Below the pieces are notes generated by a model. The model was not told the origin of the DNA, did not search any database, and was given only the letters and a program-made list of their open reading frames with translations. From a virus, in the IMG/VR virus record IMGVR_UViG_3300000103_000003, positions 75,643 through 106,694 of that record: DNA of 31,052 nucleotides, one strand, 5' to 3'. The position numbers and the translations under genes are program-made. Positions 1 to 8,379 of the stretch are shown piece by piece. The number at the start of each line of letters is the position of its first letter. The stretch's first letter is position 1.

Positions 1-354
1 ATTGTATGATAAAGTACCCAGTAAAAGAGAATCACGTCCTAATGAACGAAAAACCGCACAATTCTTTAATAAATCAACTCTAAGCAGTGAATCAGCAGTA
101 ACAGAATCTAAAGGTTCAGTTCTTGAAAAACTCTCTCCCTTTAAAACCTTATGCCCGTATCCAACAAGAGGATAATCTTTCGGCTGGTGTAAGGTTTCGT
201 ACTTCTTTATCAACTCCACTGTCTTTTCAAACAAACTATCTATGACTATCGTCTCCGGCTCTGGAACGGACAACCCAACTGTCGGTCGCCATTCCAGCTG
301 TGCCGGGAGACTAAGCAATAATAACAATGCAATAAAGTATGTTCTTGTCTTCAT
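1..354 (-). CDS. Lysozyme/endolysin (GH24-like, Bacteroidota type) with N-terminal hydrophobic signal; 3' end runs off the window
   Basis: Not in the ORF track. Manual translation from ATG at 354 (ATGA overlap with upstream stop) is open to base 1: MKTRTYFIALLLLLSLPAQ...IKKYETLHQPKDYPLVGYGHKVLKGE...ADSLLRVDLLKNCAVFRSLGRDSLLLGTLSYN. The IKKYE, GYGH and xxYN motifs match phage-type lysozymes. Confidence 0.8.
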   Translation of the reverse strand, partial: MKTRTYFIALLLLLSLPAQLEWRPTVGLSVPEPETIVIDSLFEKTVELIKKYETLHQPKDYPLVGYGHKVLKGESFSRTEPLDSVTADSLLRVDLLKNCAVFRSLGRDSLLLGTLSYN

Positions 355-992
355 CGTCGCTTGAATAATACTTTATCAATAAGAAATTCACTGTTTGGGT
401 CTTCGTCGATGATTTCAGCCGTTAATGTGGGCTTCTCAAACCATCTGGCAATAAAGAACTTCCTAAATTTCTTTTGATGTATTACCAATGTACCACGATT
501 TAAGTGTGAATAGTCTATTTGTATGGAATCTGGATAAACAATACCGGATGTTGTTAGGTATTGATTACTCCAGTTAAATTTTTGAACAGTAATAGTAGAA
601 TCTGATAAGATAATTGAATCCTGTTCCACTGTCTGTTCAATTTGTGCTATAACGATAGTTGTGTCTGTTAATTCGGTCTTAATGGAATATCGTGTCTTCG
701 CCTGTATGGTTACAAGACTTTCAATTCTCTTTGCCTGAATATTCAGACTATCGTATAAGTGAGATATAAGCATTGAATCCGATTCAATAACTTGTTTCAT
801 TTCCTTTGTAGTCAGGATTAATGCCTGTTTTTCTTTCTCTGCTTCTCCACTGGAGGTGATTAATGCAGAGATGTTACCACTTAGCCTGTTGTTTTCCTGT
901 TTGGAATTATACAAGGCTTTTCCTAACCCGGCTCCGGTTGCTGCCAAAACGACAACACATGCTACTAAAATAGCGATTAATTTCGTTCTCAT
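351..992 (-). CDS. Membrane-anchored coiled-coil protein, possible i-spanin-like lysis accessory
   Basis: N-terminal TM helix (LIAILVACVVVLAATGAGLG) then helical region; directly upstream of and coupled to the lysozyme. Function inferred from context. Confidence 0.45.
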   Translation of the reverse strand: MRTKLIAILVACVVVLAATGAGLGKALYNSKQENNRLSGNISALITSSGEAEKEKQALILTTKEMKQVIESDSMLISHLYDSLNIQAKRIESLVTIQAKTRYSIKTELTDTTIVIAQIEQTVEQDSIILSDSTITVQKFNWSNQYLTTSGIVYPDSIQIDYSHLNRGTLVIHQKKFRKFFIARWFEKPTLTAEIIDEDPNSEFLIDKVLFKRR

Positions 993-1177
993 AATTTATT
1001 TAATTCGTTTTTTAAATGTTCAATATAAATATTAATAACTTTTATAGATATATTCTGTCCGAGATTATAATTTGAACTATCTGCAAAAAAGACACAAATT
1101 TGCGAAGGCTCTGATAGAATTTGTTCTTTAATTTTATAAGCGTCTTTTAAAGAGCGTTGTATTGATTCTTTCGTCAT
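989..1177 (-). CDS. Hypothetical protein
   Basis: 62 aa; 4-nt overlaps with both neighbours. Confidence 0.6.
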   Translation of the reverse strand: MTKESIQRSLKDAYKIKEQILSEPSQICVFFADSSNYNLGQNISIKVINIYIEHLKNELNKL

Positions 1178-1371
1178 ACTTTAGTTAATCTACATGTCAT
1201 TAATTCCCATTCATAACTGCCAGATTTTACTCTGGTGTAAAGTCTTGCTGGTGTTTGATACATTACTGTAACAGGGTCAAGGTTGTTATCAACAAGCACT
1301 TGGTCGCCCGGTTCTAAAAGCTGCCTTAGTTTTACAGCATCGTTTTCAGTGTCATTTACAGTATCATTCAT
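1174..1371 (-). CDS. Hypothetical protein (small, beta-rich, possibly SH3-like)
   Basis: 65 aa with LEPGDQVLV motif; 4-nt overlaps with neighbours. Confidence 0.6.
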   Translation of the reverse strand: MNDTVNDTENDAVKLRQLLEPGDQVLVDNNLDPVTVMYQTPARLYTRVKSGSYEWELMTCRLTKV

Positions 1372-1658
1372 AATTTATTGTGATATGATTGGATTAGTTT
1401 AATTGCACTATTTACTGTAAGATTCTGAATATGAAACTCATTCCAGTATGACATAAAAGAACAGATGTCACATAATTCTTCCACATCCCATAGATATTGT
1501 ACCTGAAACCCAATCCCGTCTTTAGTGAATACTGTATATGTTTCTACGCCATGTAAGTCTGAATAACTCACATTCATTCCTAATTCTATAAGGGTTTTTT
1601 GTTTTCTTTTTGCCTTATCAACTAAATTCTTAATCAAACCGAATAATTCTTTTTCCAT
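1368..1658 (-). CDS. Hypothetical protein (start revised to MEKELF)
   Basis: The track start at 1745 runs through a terminator and promoter; ATG at 1658 lies 25 nt downstream of the -7 box. Confidence 0.65.
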   Translation of the reverse strand: MEKELFGLIKNLVDKAKRKQKTLIELGMNVSYSDLHGVETYTVFTKDGIGFQVQYLWDVEELCDICSFMSYWNEFHIQNLTVNSAIKLIQSYHNKL

Positions 1659-1682
1659 ATCTGTTTTATTTGAATCAGGATA

Positions 1683-1714
1683 CAAACATACAAAAAAAAA
1701 GTGTAACCACCAAA
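1683..1714 (-). promoter_or_regulatory. Bacteroidota primary-sigma promoter (TTTG-N20-TATGTTTG)
   Basis: Minus strand TTTG (1714-1711), 20-nt spacer, TATGTTTG (1690-1683); matches the -33 TTTG / -7 TAnnTTTG consensus. Confidence 0.75.
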
Positions 1715-1730
1715 TAGTAGTTACACTTTT
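1692..1730 (-). terminator. Intrinsic terminator overlapping the promoter
   Basis: AAAAGTGTAACTAC-TATTTG-GTGGTTACAC followed by T9, 20 nt after the stop at 1750. Confidence 0.75.
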
Positions 1731-1749
1731 AATATTCTTTAACATTTGA

Positions 1750-2052
1750 TTACTTCTTGTTAAAATGCCCGTCTTTCAGTAAGACCTTAATGTCGGTCTG
1801 GATTTCTTTGATAGAAGCGTTCATCTCATTGATATTACTCATAACATACTGGAAGGTTTCTTTATCAACCTTTATTTCATCCAGTCTCCTGTATTGGTCG
1901 TCAATTTTGGTTTCAAGTTTATTGCACCTGTGTTCTAAATCACTAATTTTAGTTGAATTAGTCACATGTTGTACATACAGTGTTAGGAAAAATACAACTA
2001 CTACGCCTACCACCTTAATATTTTTAATCATCCAGTCCTTCATTGTCTTCAT
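1750..2052 (-). CDS. Small membrane protein with coiled coil (holin/lysis-module candidate)
   Basis: TM segment VVGVVVVFFLTLYV followed by heptad-like region; near lysis genes. Confidence 0.5.
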   Translation of the reverse strand: MKTMKDWMIKNIKVVGVVVVFFLTLYVQHVTNSTKISDLEHRCNKLETKIDDQYRRLDEIKVDKETFQYVMSNINEMNASIKEIQTDIKVLLKDGHFNKK

Positions 2053-2285
2053 ATTGGGATTCTAAACATTATTTCTACTATTTTTATAATCTTCTCTGCA
2101 AGTTCGATGTCTACAAATGTGATACCGAAAACTGTTGCGCAAAATGCAGCTAACATCCAGAATAACACAGTCTGTAACTTAAAGCGTTTTCTGTCGTTTT
2201 CTTCTGCAACAGTCTTGCCGTAAATTACTGGTGGTTTCTTCTTTTTCTTTTTCCGGGGTTTCGGATTAGTTCTTACTGTCTCCAT
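2049..2285 (-). CDS. Small membrane protein, holin candidate (start revised to METVR)
   Basis: Basic N-terminus (KPRKKKKKK) and TM segment VLFWMLAAFCATVFGITFV; ATG at 2285 reduces the overlap with the upstream gene to 20 nt. Confidence 0.5.
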   Translation of the reverse strand: METVRTNPKPRKKKKKKPPVIYGKTVAEENDRKRFKLQTVLFWMLAAFCATVFGITFVDIELAEKIIKIVEIMFRIPI

Positions 2286-2871
2286 CTTTTTTCTTCTTTT
2301 CAGGAACAACGGTAATAAACTGTATGGCGGCTCCTTCTGCGTTCTTGCCATTGACATTAAGTTCATCAGGAGCATTAAAGCCCTTCATGTCGCTTAATTG
2401 TTTTGCAGCACTAACAGCAACGGCTCTCATTTGAGCTGGATTTGCTTTTCTTCCCCATTTGTTTTTGTAATGTACCTTAGCACCTTCATCCATGATTTTA
2501 AACAGTGTGTTTTCAATCTGGAGGCGTTGCCCTATCAAATCAATTTCGCCTTCAGTAGCAAGCCGTATAATCTCTTTTTCAATGTATGCTTTACGTAGTA
2601 AGTCACGTGCTTTGGTCTTCAACCGTGCTTTGTCCTTAATACGTCTAACTACTTTGTAATAGCATTTATCAGCTTGTCCGGCATAATCCATACCGCCATT
2701 TACAAACATCTGACAGAAGTCCTGATAACACTTTGGTAAATTACCTTCGTCACAATCAGCATCCAGTTCAGCTTGAACCTTTTGTTCTTTTGGTGTCTGG
2801 GTGTCTTCGGGTTTGTCGTATATCTTTTGGCGATTTTGCTCTTCTAAGAGTTCGTTTAATTCTTTTCCCAT
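2266..2871 (-). CDS. Putative terminase small subunit
   Basis: FCQMFVNGG..AGQADKCY...ARDLLRKAYIEKEI resembles the TerS HTH; helical core; C-terminal IQFITVVP strand. Confidence 0.55.
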   Translation of the reverse strand: MGKELNELLEEQNRQKIYDKPEDTQTPKEQKVQAELDADCDEGNLPKCYQDFCQMFVNGGMDYAGQADKCYYKVVRRIKDKARLKTKARDLLRKAYIEKEIIRLATEGEIDLIGQRLQIENTLFKIMDEGAKVHYKNKWGRKANPAQMRAVAVSAAKQLSDMKGFNAPDELNVNGKNAEGAAIQFITVVPEKKKKDGDSKN

Positions 2872-2883
2872 TGCTATAATATT

Positions 2884-2918
2884 AAAAAACGAGAGAACCT
2901 TTGCTGATTCCCTCGTTT
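2884..2918 (-). terminator. Intrinsic terminator
   Basis: AAACGAGGGAATC-AGCAAA-GGTTCTCTCG followed by T6, after the gene ending at 2937. Confidence 0.7.
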
Positions 2919-2927
2919 AAGAATAGT
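2916..2927 (-). promoter_or_regulatory. Candidate phage late-promoter element ACTATTCTTAAA
   Basis: Identical 12-mer at 29814-29825; both copies are intergenic and upstream of morphogenesis genes. Confidence 0.45.
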
Positions 2928-2936
2928 GTTTTTTGC

Positions 2937-3206
2937 CTATTCAGGTTTAGTATCCTGCTCTGTTGTCTCCTCACTGGGGTTATTGACACGTGCTATTTCT
3001 AATAGCTCATTTTCAGCTAATTTACGGAATAATTCAGCTGCTCCCGTTGTCATATCCACTAAGTCTTCGGCATCATTTAACAAATCAAAGTTAAACTTAA
3101 AGCCTAACTGGTATCCAGTAATTTCAAATACCGGAACTCCAGCTTCATTCAAAACAGTATAAACGTTCTTGTCTGTTTGTTCTAAAAATGAAATTTTTTC
3201 TTCCAT
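2937..3206 (-). CDS. Hypothetical acidic protein
   Basis: 89 aa ORF abutting the exonuclease gene and followed by a terminator. Confidence 0.7.
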   Translation of the reverse strand: MEEKISFLEQTDKNVYTVLNEAGVPVFEITGYQLGFKFNFDLLNDAEDLVDMTTGAAELFRKLAENELLEIARVNNPSEETTEQDTKPE

Positions 3207-3208
3207 GA

Positions 3209-3988
3209 CTAAATTTTAAAGTGTGTACGAGTTTTGATTTGTTTCTCAACCTCAATTTCACCGCCATCATTCCGAGCGCGTTTAACACCAATCTCAAATA
3301 TATCTTTGGTAACATTTACGTCATACAAAGCATTATGAGCATCGTCGTTTTCAACGCCATAAGCCTCACATAAATTACCTAAAGTATATCCACGGACATT
3401 TGGGTTGGTGCAGAATACCGCTCTGTTATATGGCAATGTGTCGTGGTATTTCGGAACCCACATTGTTGTTCCATTATAGAACATTTCGTCACCAGCAAGA
3501 AATTTCCTGACTTCTTTTTCGATACCAGCATACTCCATAAACTGGAGGAAAAACTGTACATCAAAGGTAATGTTCTGCCCTATCAAAAATGGCTTACAAT
3601 CCTTAGCGTTACAAATTTTGGTTTCCTCTAAGAACTGAACGAACTCTTTACCAAGTGTTTTAATGTCAATTCCTTTAGAATAAAGCATTTCCATTGTAAT
3701 ACCGGTTTTTGTCAAAGCACCTTCGGTATACTCAAACAACTCATTCGATTCTTCTTCGTCTTCAACTATTTCTGTTTTCTTTTTAATGGCTTTTTTAACG
3801 GTCTTCACTTTTGCTTTATGAAAAGGATAAAAGTATTCGTTAAAAATCCCAATAACTTCAAATGTGTCAAACCGTATCATTTTAGCACATAACTGGGTGG
3901 CACAATTATCTTTTGTGTTTAACCCTCCAGTTTCAAAGTCTAATACAAGACCGGTATAAATTGTTTCTTTTATTTCTGGTGCTGCCAT
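3209..3988 (-). CDS. DEDDh 3'-5' exonuclease (DnaQ/Pol III epsilon-like)
   Basis: ExoI LDFETGG, ExoII GQNITFD, ExoIII HNALYD motifs. Confidence 0.88.
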   Translation of the reverse strand: MAAPEIKETIYTGLVLDFETGGLNTKDNCATQLCAKMIRFDTFEVIGIFNEYFYPFHKAKVKTVKKAIKKKTEIVEDEEESNELFEYTEGALTKTGITMEMLYSKGIDIKTLGKEFVQFLEETKICNAKDCKPFLIGQNITFDVQFFLQFMEYAGIEKEVRKFLAGDEMFYNGTTMWVPKYHDTLPYNRAVFCTNPNVRGYTLGNLCEAYGVENDDAHNALYDVNVTKDIFEIGVKRARNDGGEIEVEKQIKTRTHFKI

Positions 3989-4371
3989 TGTTCTGTTGTT
4001 TTAAAACGATTAATCTGGGTAACAAACTTCTCCATGAGATAGCCTTGCAAATATGCGATATGTTCATTTGGCTCTTTAGAATCATGTTCTAATCGGCAAC
4101 AGTGACATATACCGTCTACCACATGTGATACTTCATGTGCTATGGTGTTAATATTGGTTTCATTGAAATAAACCATAATACCATAGCGTTTTTGGTCTGG
4201 TTGGGATTTTACATTAAAGAATGTAATGGCATCATGCTCCCCCTCCAGTTCGGCAAAATTATCATCCTCAAAGAAACATCCTGTAATAAACGCTTTATCT
4301 GTCTTGTAAGCTATCCAAATTTTTATTGGATATATTTCAAGGTTAAACTTATACAGCGTTGGGTTGTCCAT
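3970..4371 (-). CDS. Small HExxH (zincin-like) metal-binding protein
   Basis: TIAHEVSHVV motif with downstream NEHIAY glutamate. Confidence 0.6.
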   Translation of the reverse strand: MDNPTLYKFNLEIYPIKIWIAYKTDKAFITGCFFEDDNFAELEGEHDAITFFNVKSQPDQKRYGIMVYFNETNINTIAHEVSHVVDGICHCCRLEHDSKEPNEHIAYLQGYLMEKFVTQINRFKTTEQWQHQK

Positions 4372-4918
4372 CTATGACCTCTCTTTCTTTTACCAGTGCT
4401 TCGATGTGTTCGTAATAAAACGCTTTCAACCTCTCGACAGATTCGTATGGGTCACAGTTATTGTCAATAACAGCTACATACGTACTGTCTGGCAGTAATT
4501 TTCTGGTAGCATCGCGCTCAATACGTTCATCAGTCACACCGCGTTCTTTGCGTGTTTCGATTGTGGTTGTTACATAAACCGGAACAAGAACAAAATCATC
4601 AGGACATTCTTTCTGGATGTATTCGATACCTTCTTCGTTTACAACAAATACCTGAACTGGTTGGTCTATTTGTGATTTAGTCACACAGTAATCAAAACCT
4701 CCATAAACTGTATGCGCTATCATACCTGATTTCTTTTCAATCGCCATTTCTTCTTTGGAGATATACCAGTGTTCACGACCGTTACATTCTCCCTGACGAA
4801 TAGCACGCGTTGTTTTACTACACACAGCTGGGATACCGAATAAGTTTCTTAAATGGTCTGCCATTGTGTCTTTTCCAGAGCCGGACATGCCGACGATTGC
4901 GATAATTACATTTTTCAT
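4349..4918 (-). CDS. gmk: Guanylate kinase-like nucleoside monophosphate kinase (start revised to MKNVII)
   Basis: P-loop GMSGSGKD and TTRAIRQGECNGREHWY GMP-binding motif; ATG at 4918 gives a 4-nt overlap. Confidence 0.85.
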   Translation of the reverse strand: MKNVIIAIVGMSGSGKDTMADHLRNLFGIPAVCSKTTRAIRQGECNGREHWYISKEEMAIEKKSGMIAHTVYGGFDYCVTKSQIDQPVQVFVVNEEGIEYIQKECPDDFVLVPVYVTTTIETRKERGVTDERIERDATRKLLPDSTYVAVIDNNCDPYESVERLKAFYYEHIEALVKEREVIDGQPNAV

Positions 4919-5142
4919 TTTGTAAGTATTAAAATTATTGAATATCTTTCTTCTGTGTCTTGTCTTCTTTCTATTATAGCAGAATGGACTTCTTTTACAT
5001 CGCCCCAAAACACATCGCCCTCTTGTGTGATAATATTTACATGTTCCCCAATAGCCGGAACATGTGCGAGATATAATGTCACAATTTCTTCACTATCACC
5101 ATCACTAATAAATTTGTAAAATGTTATTTCAATTTTTCTCAT
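4915..5142 (-). CDS. Hypothetical protein, paralog 3 of a tandem triplet
   Basis: Shares the P..(G/E)E...V....II...EE.Y.I.L pattern with the two upstream ORFs. Confidence 0.65.
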   Translation of the reverse strand: MRKIEITFYKFISDGDSEEIVTLYLAHVPAIGEHVNIITQEGDVFWGDVKEVHSAIIERRQDTEERYSIILILTK

Positions 5143-5348
5143 TTCTTTGCTTTTAAATAAATTATATACTCTTCTGTTGGTTTTGGTTGTAGAATTATAT
5201 GAGTTTCGATTCTATCTACAAACCCAGTAAAATTAGAATCATCATAAGAATCAGTAATTTTTATCTTTTCTTCTAAATTAGGGATACGTGATTGACTTAG
5301 TCTTCCTAAGCACCATGTTCCATCTTGATTAAAATATGTTACTCTCAT
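5139..5348 (-). CDS. Hypothetical protein, paralog 2 of a tandem triplet
   Basis: RIPNLEEKIKI...FTGFVDRIETHII...TEEYIIYL. Confidence 0.65.
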   Translation of the reverse strand: MRVTYFNQDGTWCLGRLSQSRIPNLEEKIKITDSYDDSNFTGFVDRIETHIILQPKPTEEYIIYLKAKK

Positions 5349-5536
5349 TATAAACTTGAATGTATTAATGTTATTTCATATTTTTCTTCTGCACCATCTA
5401 TTATTGTTGTTATTTGATGAACCTTATGAGTTTTATTAGCATATCTAATACATTCTCCTTTTAAAGGAAGACGTGTCAAAAAATGTGTACCTAATATTTT
5501 ACCATGCAAATAAATGAATACTTGATATTGTGTCAT
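5348..5536 (-). CDS. Hypothetical protein, paralog 1 of a tandem triplet
   Basis: RLPLKGECIRY...KVHQITTII...EEKYEITL. Confidence 0.65.
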   Translation of the reverse strand: MTQYQVFIYLHGKILGTHFLTRLPLKGECIRYANKTHKVHQITTIIDGAEEKYEITLIHSSL

Positions 5537-5958
5537 AATAATTGTTGTTGTTTTATCATATACTCAATGTTTCGACGGTGTTTCTCAAAATAGTTAATAT
5601 CTATTCCCGGAACCATCCAATAAGCATAATCGTGCATAATCATTAATCTAAACTGTTCATGTTTTACACGCTTGATATATTCCATATTTTGAATATAATC
5701 TCGCAGTTCTAACCGTACTCCAGATGATTCCCATTTATCGTGACATCCTTTCTTTTCTCCGATTGATTGACAATGGAACTGGATGTTATCGGGGTCAGCC
5801 ATAAACTCCTTATATTTCCGAGAGATTAGATGTGAGTGGCTCAAATGTTGAGAGCTACCACATCCAGTACATATATGCGCTCTGTCTCTGTCTATGATTG
5901 CATAAACTTTTTTCAGTGCTGAAATATTTGATGCTTCTTTGCTGGAGACTTTTTTCAT
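5533..5958 (-). CDS. Zinc-binding HNH-family nuclease (NinG/Ref-like)
   Basis: CTGC...HSHLI...NIQFHC...CHDKW pattern. Confidence 0.7.
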   Translation of the reverse strand: MKKVSSKEASNISALKKVYAIIDRDRAHICTGCGSSQHLSHSHLISRKYKEFMADPDNIQFHCQSIGEKKGCHDKWESSGVRLELRDYIQNMEYIKRVKHEQFRLMIMHDYAYWMVPGIDINYFEKHRRNIEYMIKQQQLL

Positions 5959-8132
5959 TAGTTAATTATATATGCCACGGCTTTCCCGGAGCAGGTGATT
6001 TGATTCATTCCATTTCTGGGGTTGTATTTAACATAACATGGTAAAACTACAACTTTACCTACATTTTCCAGTATGGTATCTTTTAAGTTCCCCCACGAAT
6101 TATCCCAGCAACATAGTTCGACAATATCATTATTTTGCTGGAGGAGAATTTTACCAAATACTTTTCGTTCTCCAGTAGACTTGTCATTGTATCCTATCTC
6201 TTGTGCTTCGGCTATTGTAGCACACATGATAATCTTAGCGTTTTCCGATGATGTATATTGTGTTGCCGCTATACTCATGGTACTAACATTCTTAAAAAGA
6301 TTTCCCAGTCCTGAACGTTCGTATATCTGGTTGTAGTCAATAACTCCTAATGAGCTAACATCAATTTGAAGTTTACTCCATAAATGTTCTTTCGTCCAGT
6401 TATCCGTAGAAATATCTTTTTCATTTCGCAGGTCTGGAATTTTCCACTCCAATCCTTCAATAAGAAACCGACGCGCTCCGGGTGACGATACGTTCTCAAC
6501 CTTATCAAAGCAACCAGCATAGATTAGATGACGTATTACGCGAGTATTTACTGGATTGGTAAATCTCTCTCCAGATAATTTTGCAGCGTCTCTTCGGCGT
6601 TCTATTGCTATTTCCATGCGTGTGACGAAATCATGTAAGTTTTCAAAGGCTCCGGCTTCACGTTCTTCCAGTATCATTCGTACCGCTTCAACTCCTATGA
6701 ATTTAATCTTTAACAGAGACCAGAATATTTCACTGGTTTCATAGTTCGTTAAAAAGTCTTCTTCGGACTTGTTAATGTCTGGAGGAACAATTTTACAATC
6801 AGATGCGCGTTCCATTTCAAGCATGATTGCTTTTACATCGTCTTCGTCTTTTTCAAATTGCAGTGCTACTGTGTAAAATACAGCTGGATAGTTAGCTTTA
6901 ACCCATGCTCCGGCATACGCTGTCAAAGCATAACACACGGCATGACTACGGTTAAAAGAGTATGTTCCAGCAACTTCAAACATGTGCCACATCAACTTCG
7001 CATCGTCTTCCGGGCATCCATTAGCTTCTGCACCAGCCATAAACTTCTCTTTCATAGCCATAATCTTATCGACTTTTTTCTTTGATATGTGTTTAATCAA
7101 AGTAACCGATTCAGATTTGGAGAAATTACCAATTACCTGTGATATAGCCGACATCTGCTCTTGATAAGTCAACTGGGCGAAGGTGTTACCTAATATTTCC
7201 TGTGTTCCCCACGGATATATAGGGTCTATTTCGCCATGTTTCGCTCGAATATAAGCATCTGGTGAACCTAATGCTATTGTAGCCGGACGATATAATGCGT
7301 TCAATGCAACCAAGTCTTCAATGTTATCTGGTTGCAAATCCTTCATTAGTTTCGTCATACCATCCGAAGAGAACTGAAAGATGTTAATTGTGTGACCTTG
7401 TGATAATAACTCAAAGGTTTTACGGTCTTCCAGAAACTCACGTTCAATCTTTGTTAATGACACATGTTCATCGTAATGCTCTTTTATCAAGTCAAACATC
7501 CGGTGTTGTTTTGTCAATTCCACAGTGTTCAAAACGTCAGTTTTTAGATAACCCATCTCGTCAAGGTCATAACCATCAAACTCACTCACTAACAGCCCGT
7601 CCACCTGTCTTATGGGTGTATAATCGAAGCAATCCACAGCCTTACCATCTTTAGTGGCTGGTGTCACAATAACAGCCGAAGCATGAATAGATGACGCTTT
7701 TGGTTGTTTTAGTATTGTTCTGATGTCTTCAATTACTTCTGGGTAGTCATCAACAAACTTCTTTATTTTCTTATTCTTATAAGCCAGTTTAAAGAAGTCT
7801 GTAAAACTCATTTCAGCATCATCAATAATTGCTGTGATGTAGTTCGTTATTGCAAACGGAACCCGGTGTATCTTAGCAATATCTTTGATAGCTGCTTTAA
7901 TCTTTAATGTCGTAAATGTTCCGGCAGAATACACACGTGTCTGTCCGTTAATGTTGTATCGTCTTTCCAGATACGCTTTAACGTCTTGTCTACGGTCTCC
8001 CTGATAGTCAGTGTCAATATCAGGAAGAGCAGCACCAGCACCTTGTATATAACCTGTACCAGTTTTAAATACCAGTGCTTCTTCCGGCTTTACTGCTTTT
8101 ACTCGTCGTACTGATTTAATCTGTAAAGTCAT
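5958..8132 (-). CDS. dnaE: DNA polymerase III alpha, C-terminal half (palm, fingers, HhH, OB), preceded by an IntC-like segment of about 33 aa
   Basis: PDIDTD catalytic motif, SIHASAVIV, GYLKTDVL, IFQF, ALYRP, YQEQ, YSFNRSHAVCY, PPDINKS, KIKFIG. Confidence 0.93.
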   Translation of the reverse strand: MTLQIKSVRRVKAVKPEEALVFKTGTGYIQGAGAALPDIDTDYQGDRRQDVKAYLERRYNINGQTRVYSAGTFTTLKIKAAIKDIAKIHRVPFAITNYITAIIDDAEMSFTDFFKLAYKNKKIKKFVDDYPEVIEDIRTILKQPKASSIHASAVIVTPATKDGKAVDCFDYTPIRQVDGLLVSEFDGYDLDEMGYLKTDVLNTVELTKQHRMFDLIKEHYDEHVSLTKIEREFLEDRKTFELLSQGHTINIFQFSSDGMTKLMKDLQPDNIEDLVALNALYRPATIALGSPDAYIRAKHGEIDPIYPWGTQEILGNTFAQLTYQEQMSAISQVIGNFSKSESVTLIKHISKKKVDKIMAMKEKFMAGAEANGCPEDDAKLMWHMFEVAGTYSFNRSHAVCYALTAYAGAWVKANYPAVFYTVALQFEKDEDDVKAIMLEMERASDCKIVPPDINKSEEDFLTNYETSEIFWSLLKIKFIGVEAVRMILEEREAGAFENLHDFVTRMEIAIERRRDAAKLSGERFTNPVNTRVIRHLIYAGCFDKVENVSSPGARRFLIEGLEWKIPDLRNEKDISTDNWTKEHLWSKLQIDVSSLGVIDYNQIYERSGLGNLFKNVSTMSIAATQYTSSENAKIIMCATIAEAQEIGYNDKSTGERKVFGKILLQQNNDIVELCCWDNSWGNLKDTILENVGKVVVLPCYVKYNPRNGMNQITCSGKAVAYIIN
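8034..8132 (-). other. Degenerate split-intein C-fragment (IntC-like)
   Basis: MTLQIKSVRRVKAVKPEEALVFKTGTGYIQGAG has the length and basic IKSV start of an IntC; it lacks the block F Asp, terminal His-Asn and +1 Cys/Ser/Thr. Confidence 0.55.
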
Positions 8133-8376
8133 AATGTATTGTCAAAATTAAACGGTCTTCCCTTGATGGAGATATAAAGAACTTTAAGCCATGTAATATT
8201 TCCAACATTGCTTCCATAAAATATTGTGTACACTGCACTGGAGGTCTAAGATACCAGTGAATTACACCATGTCTCATATCAATTCTGGGAGAATCGCAAA
8301 AATAATCAGTACTATCAAGAGACTTTAAAAGTTTTTGCAAATCAGGTTTCTGTCCTTTTTTCTTTTCTTTTTTCAT
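8116..8376 (-). CDS. Hypothetical protein between the dnaE halves
   Basis: 86 aa; overlaps the dnaE-C start by 17 nt. Confidence 0.6.
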   Translation of the reverse strand: MKKEKKKGQKPDLQKLLKSLDSTDYFCDSPRIDMRHGVIHWYLRPPVQCTQYFMEAMLEILHGLKFFISPSREDRLILTIHYDFTD

Positions 8377-8379
8377 AAT

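Noticed and set aside
351-992. Embedded o-spanin lipoprotein in an alternate frame
   Set aside because: No such ORF is in the track and I did not identify a lipobox; a very short one cannot be excluded.
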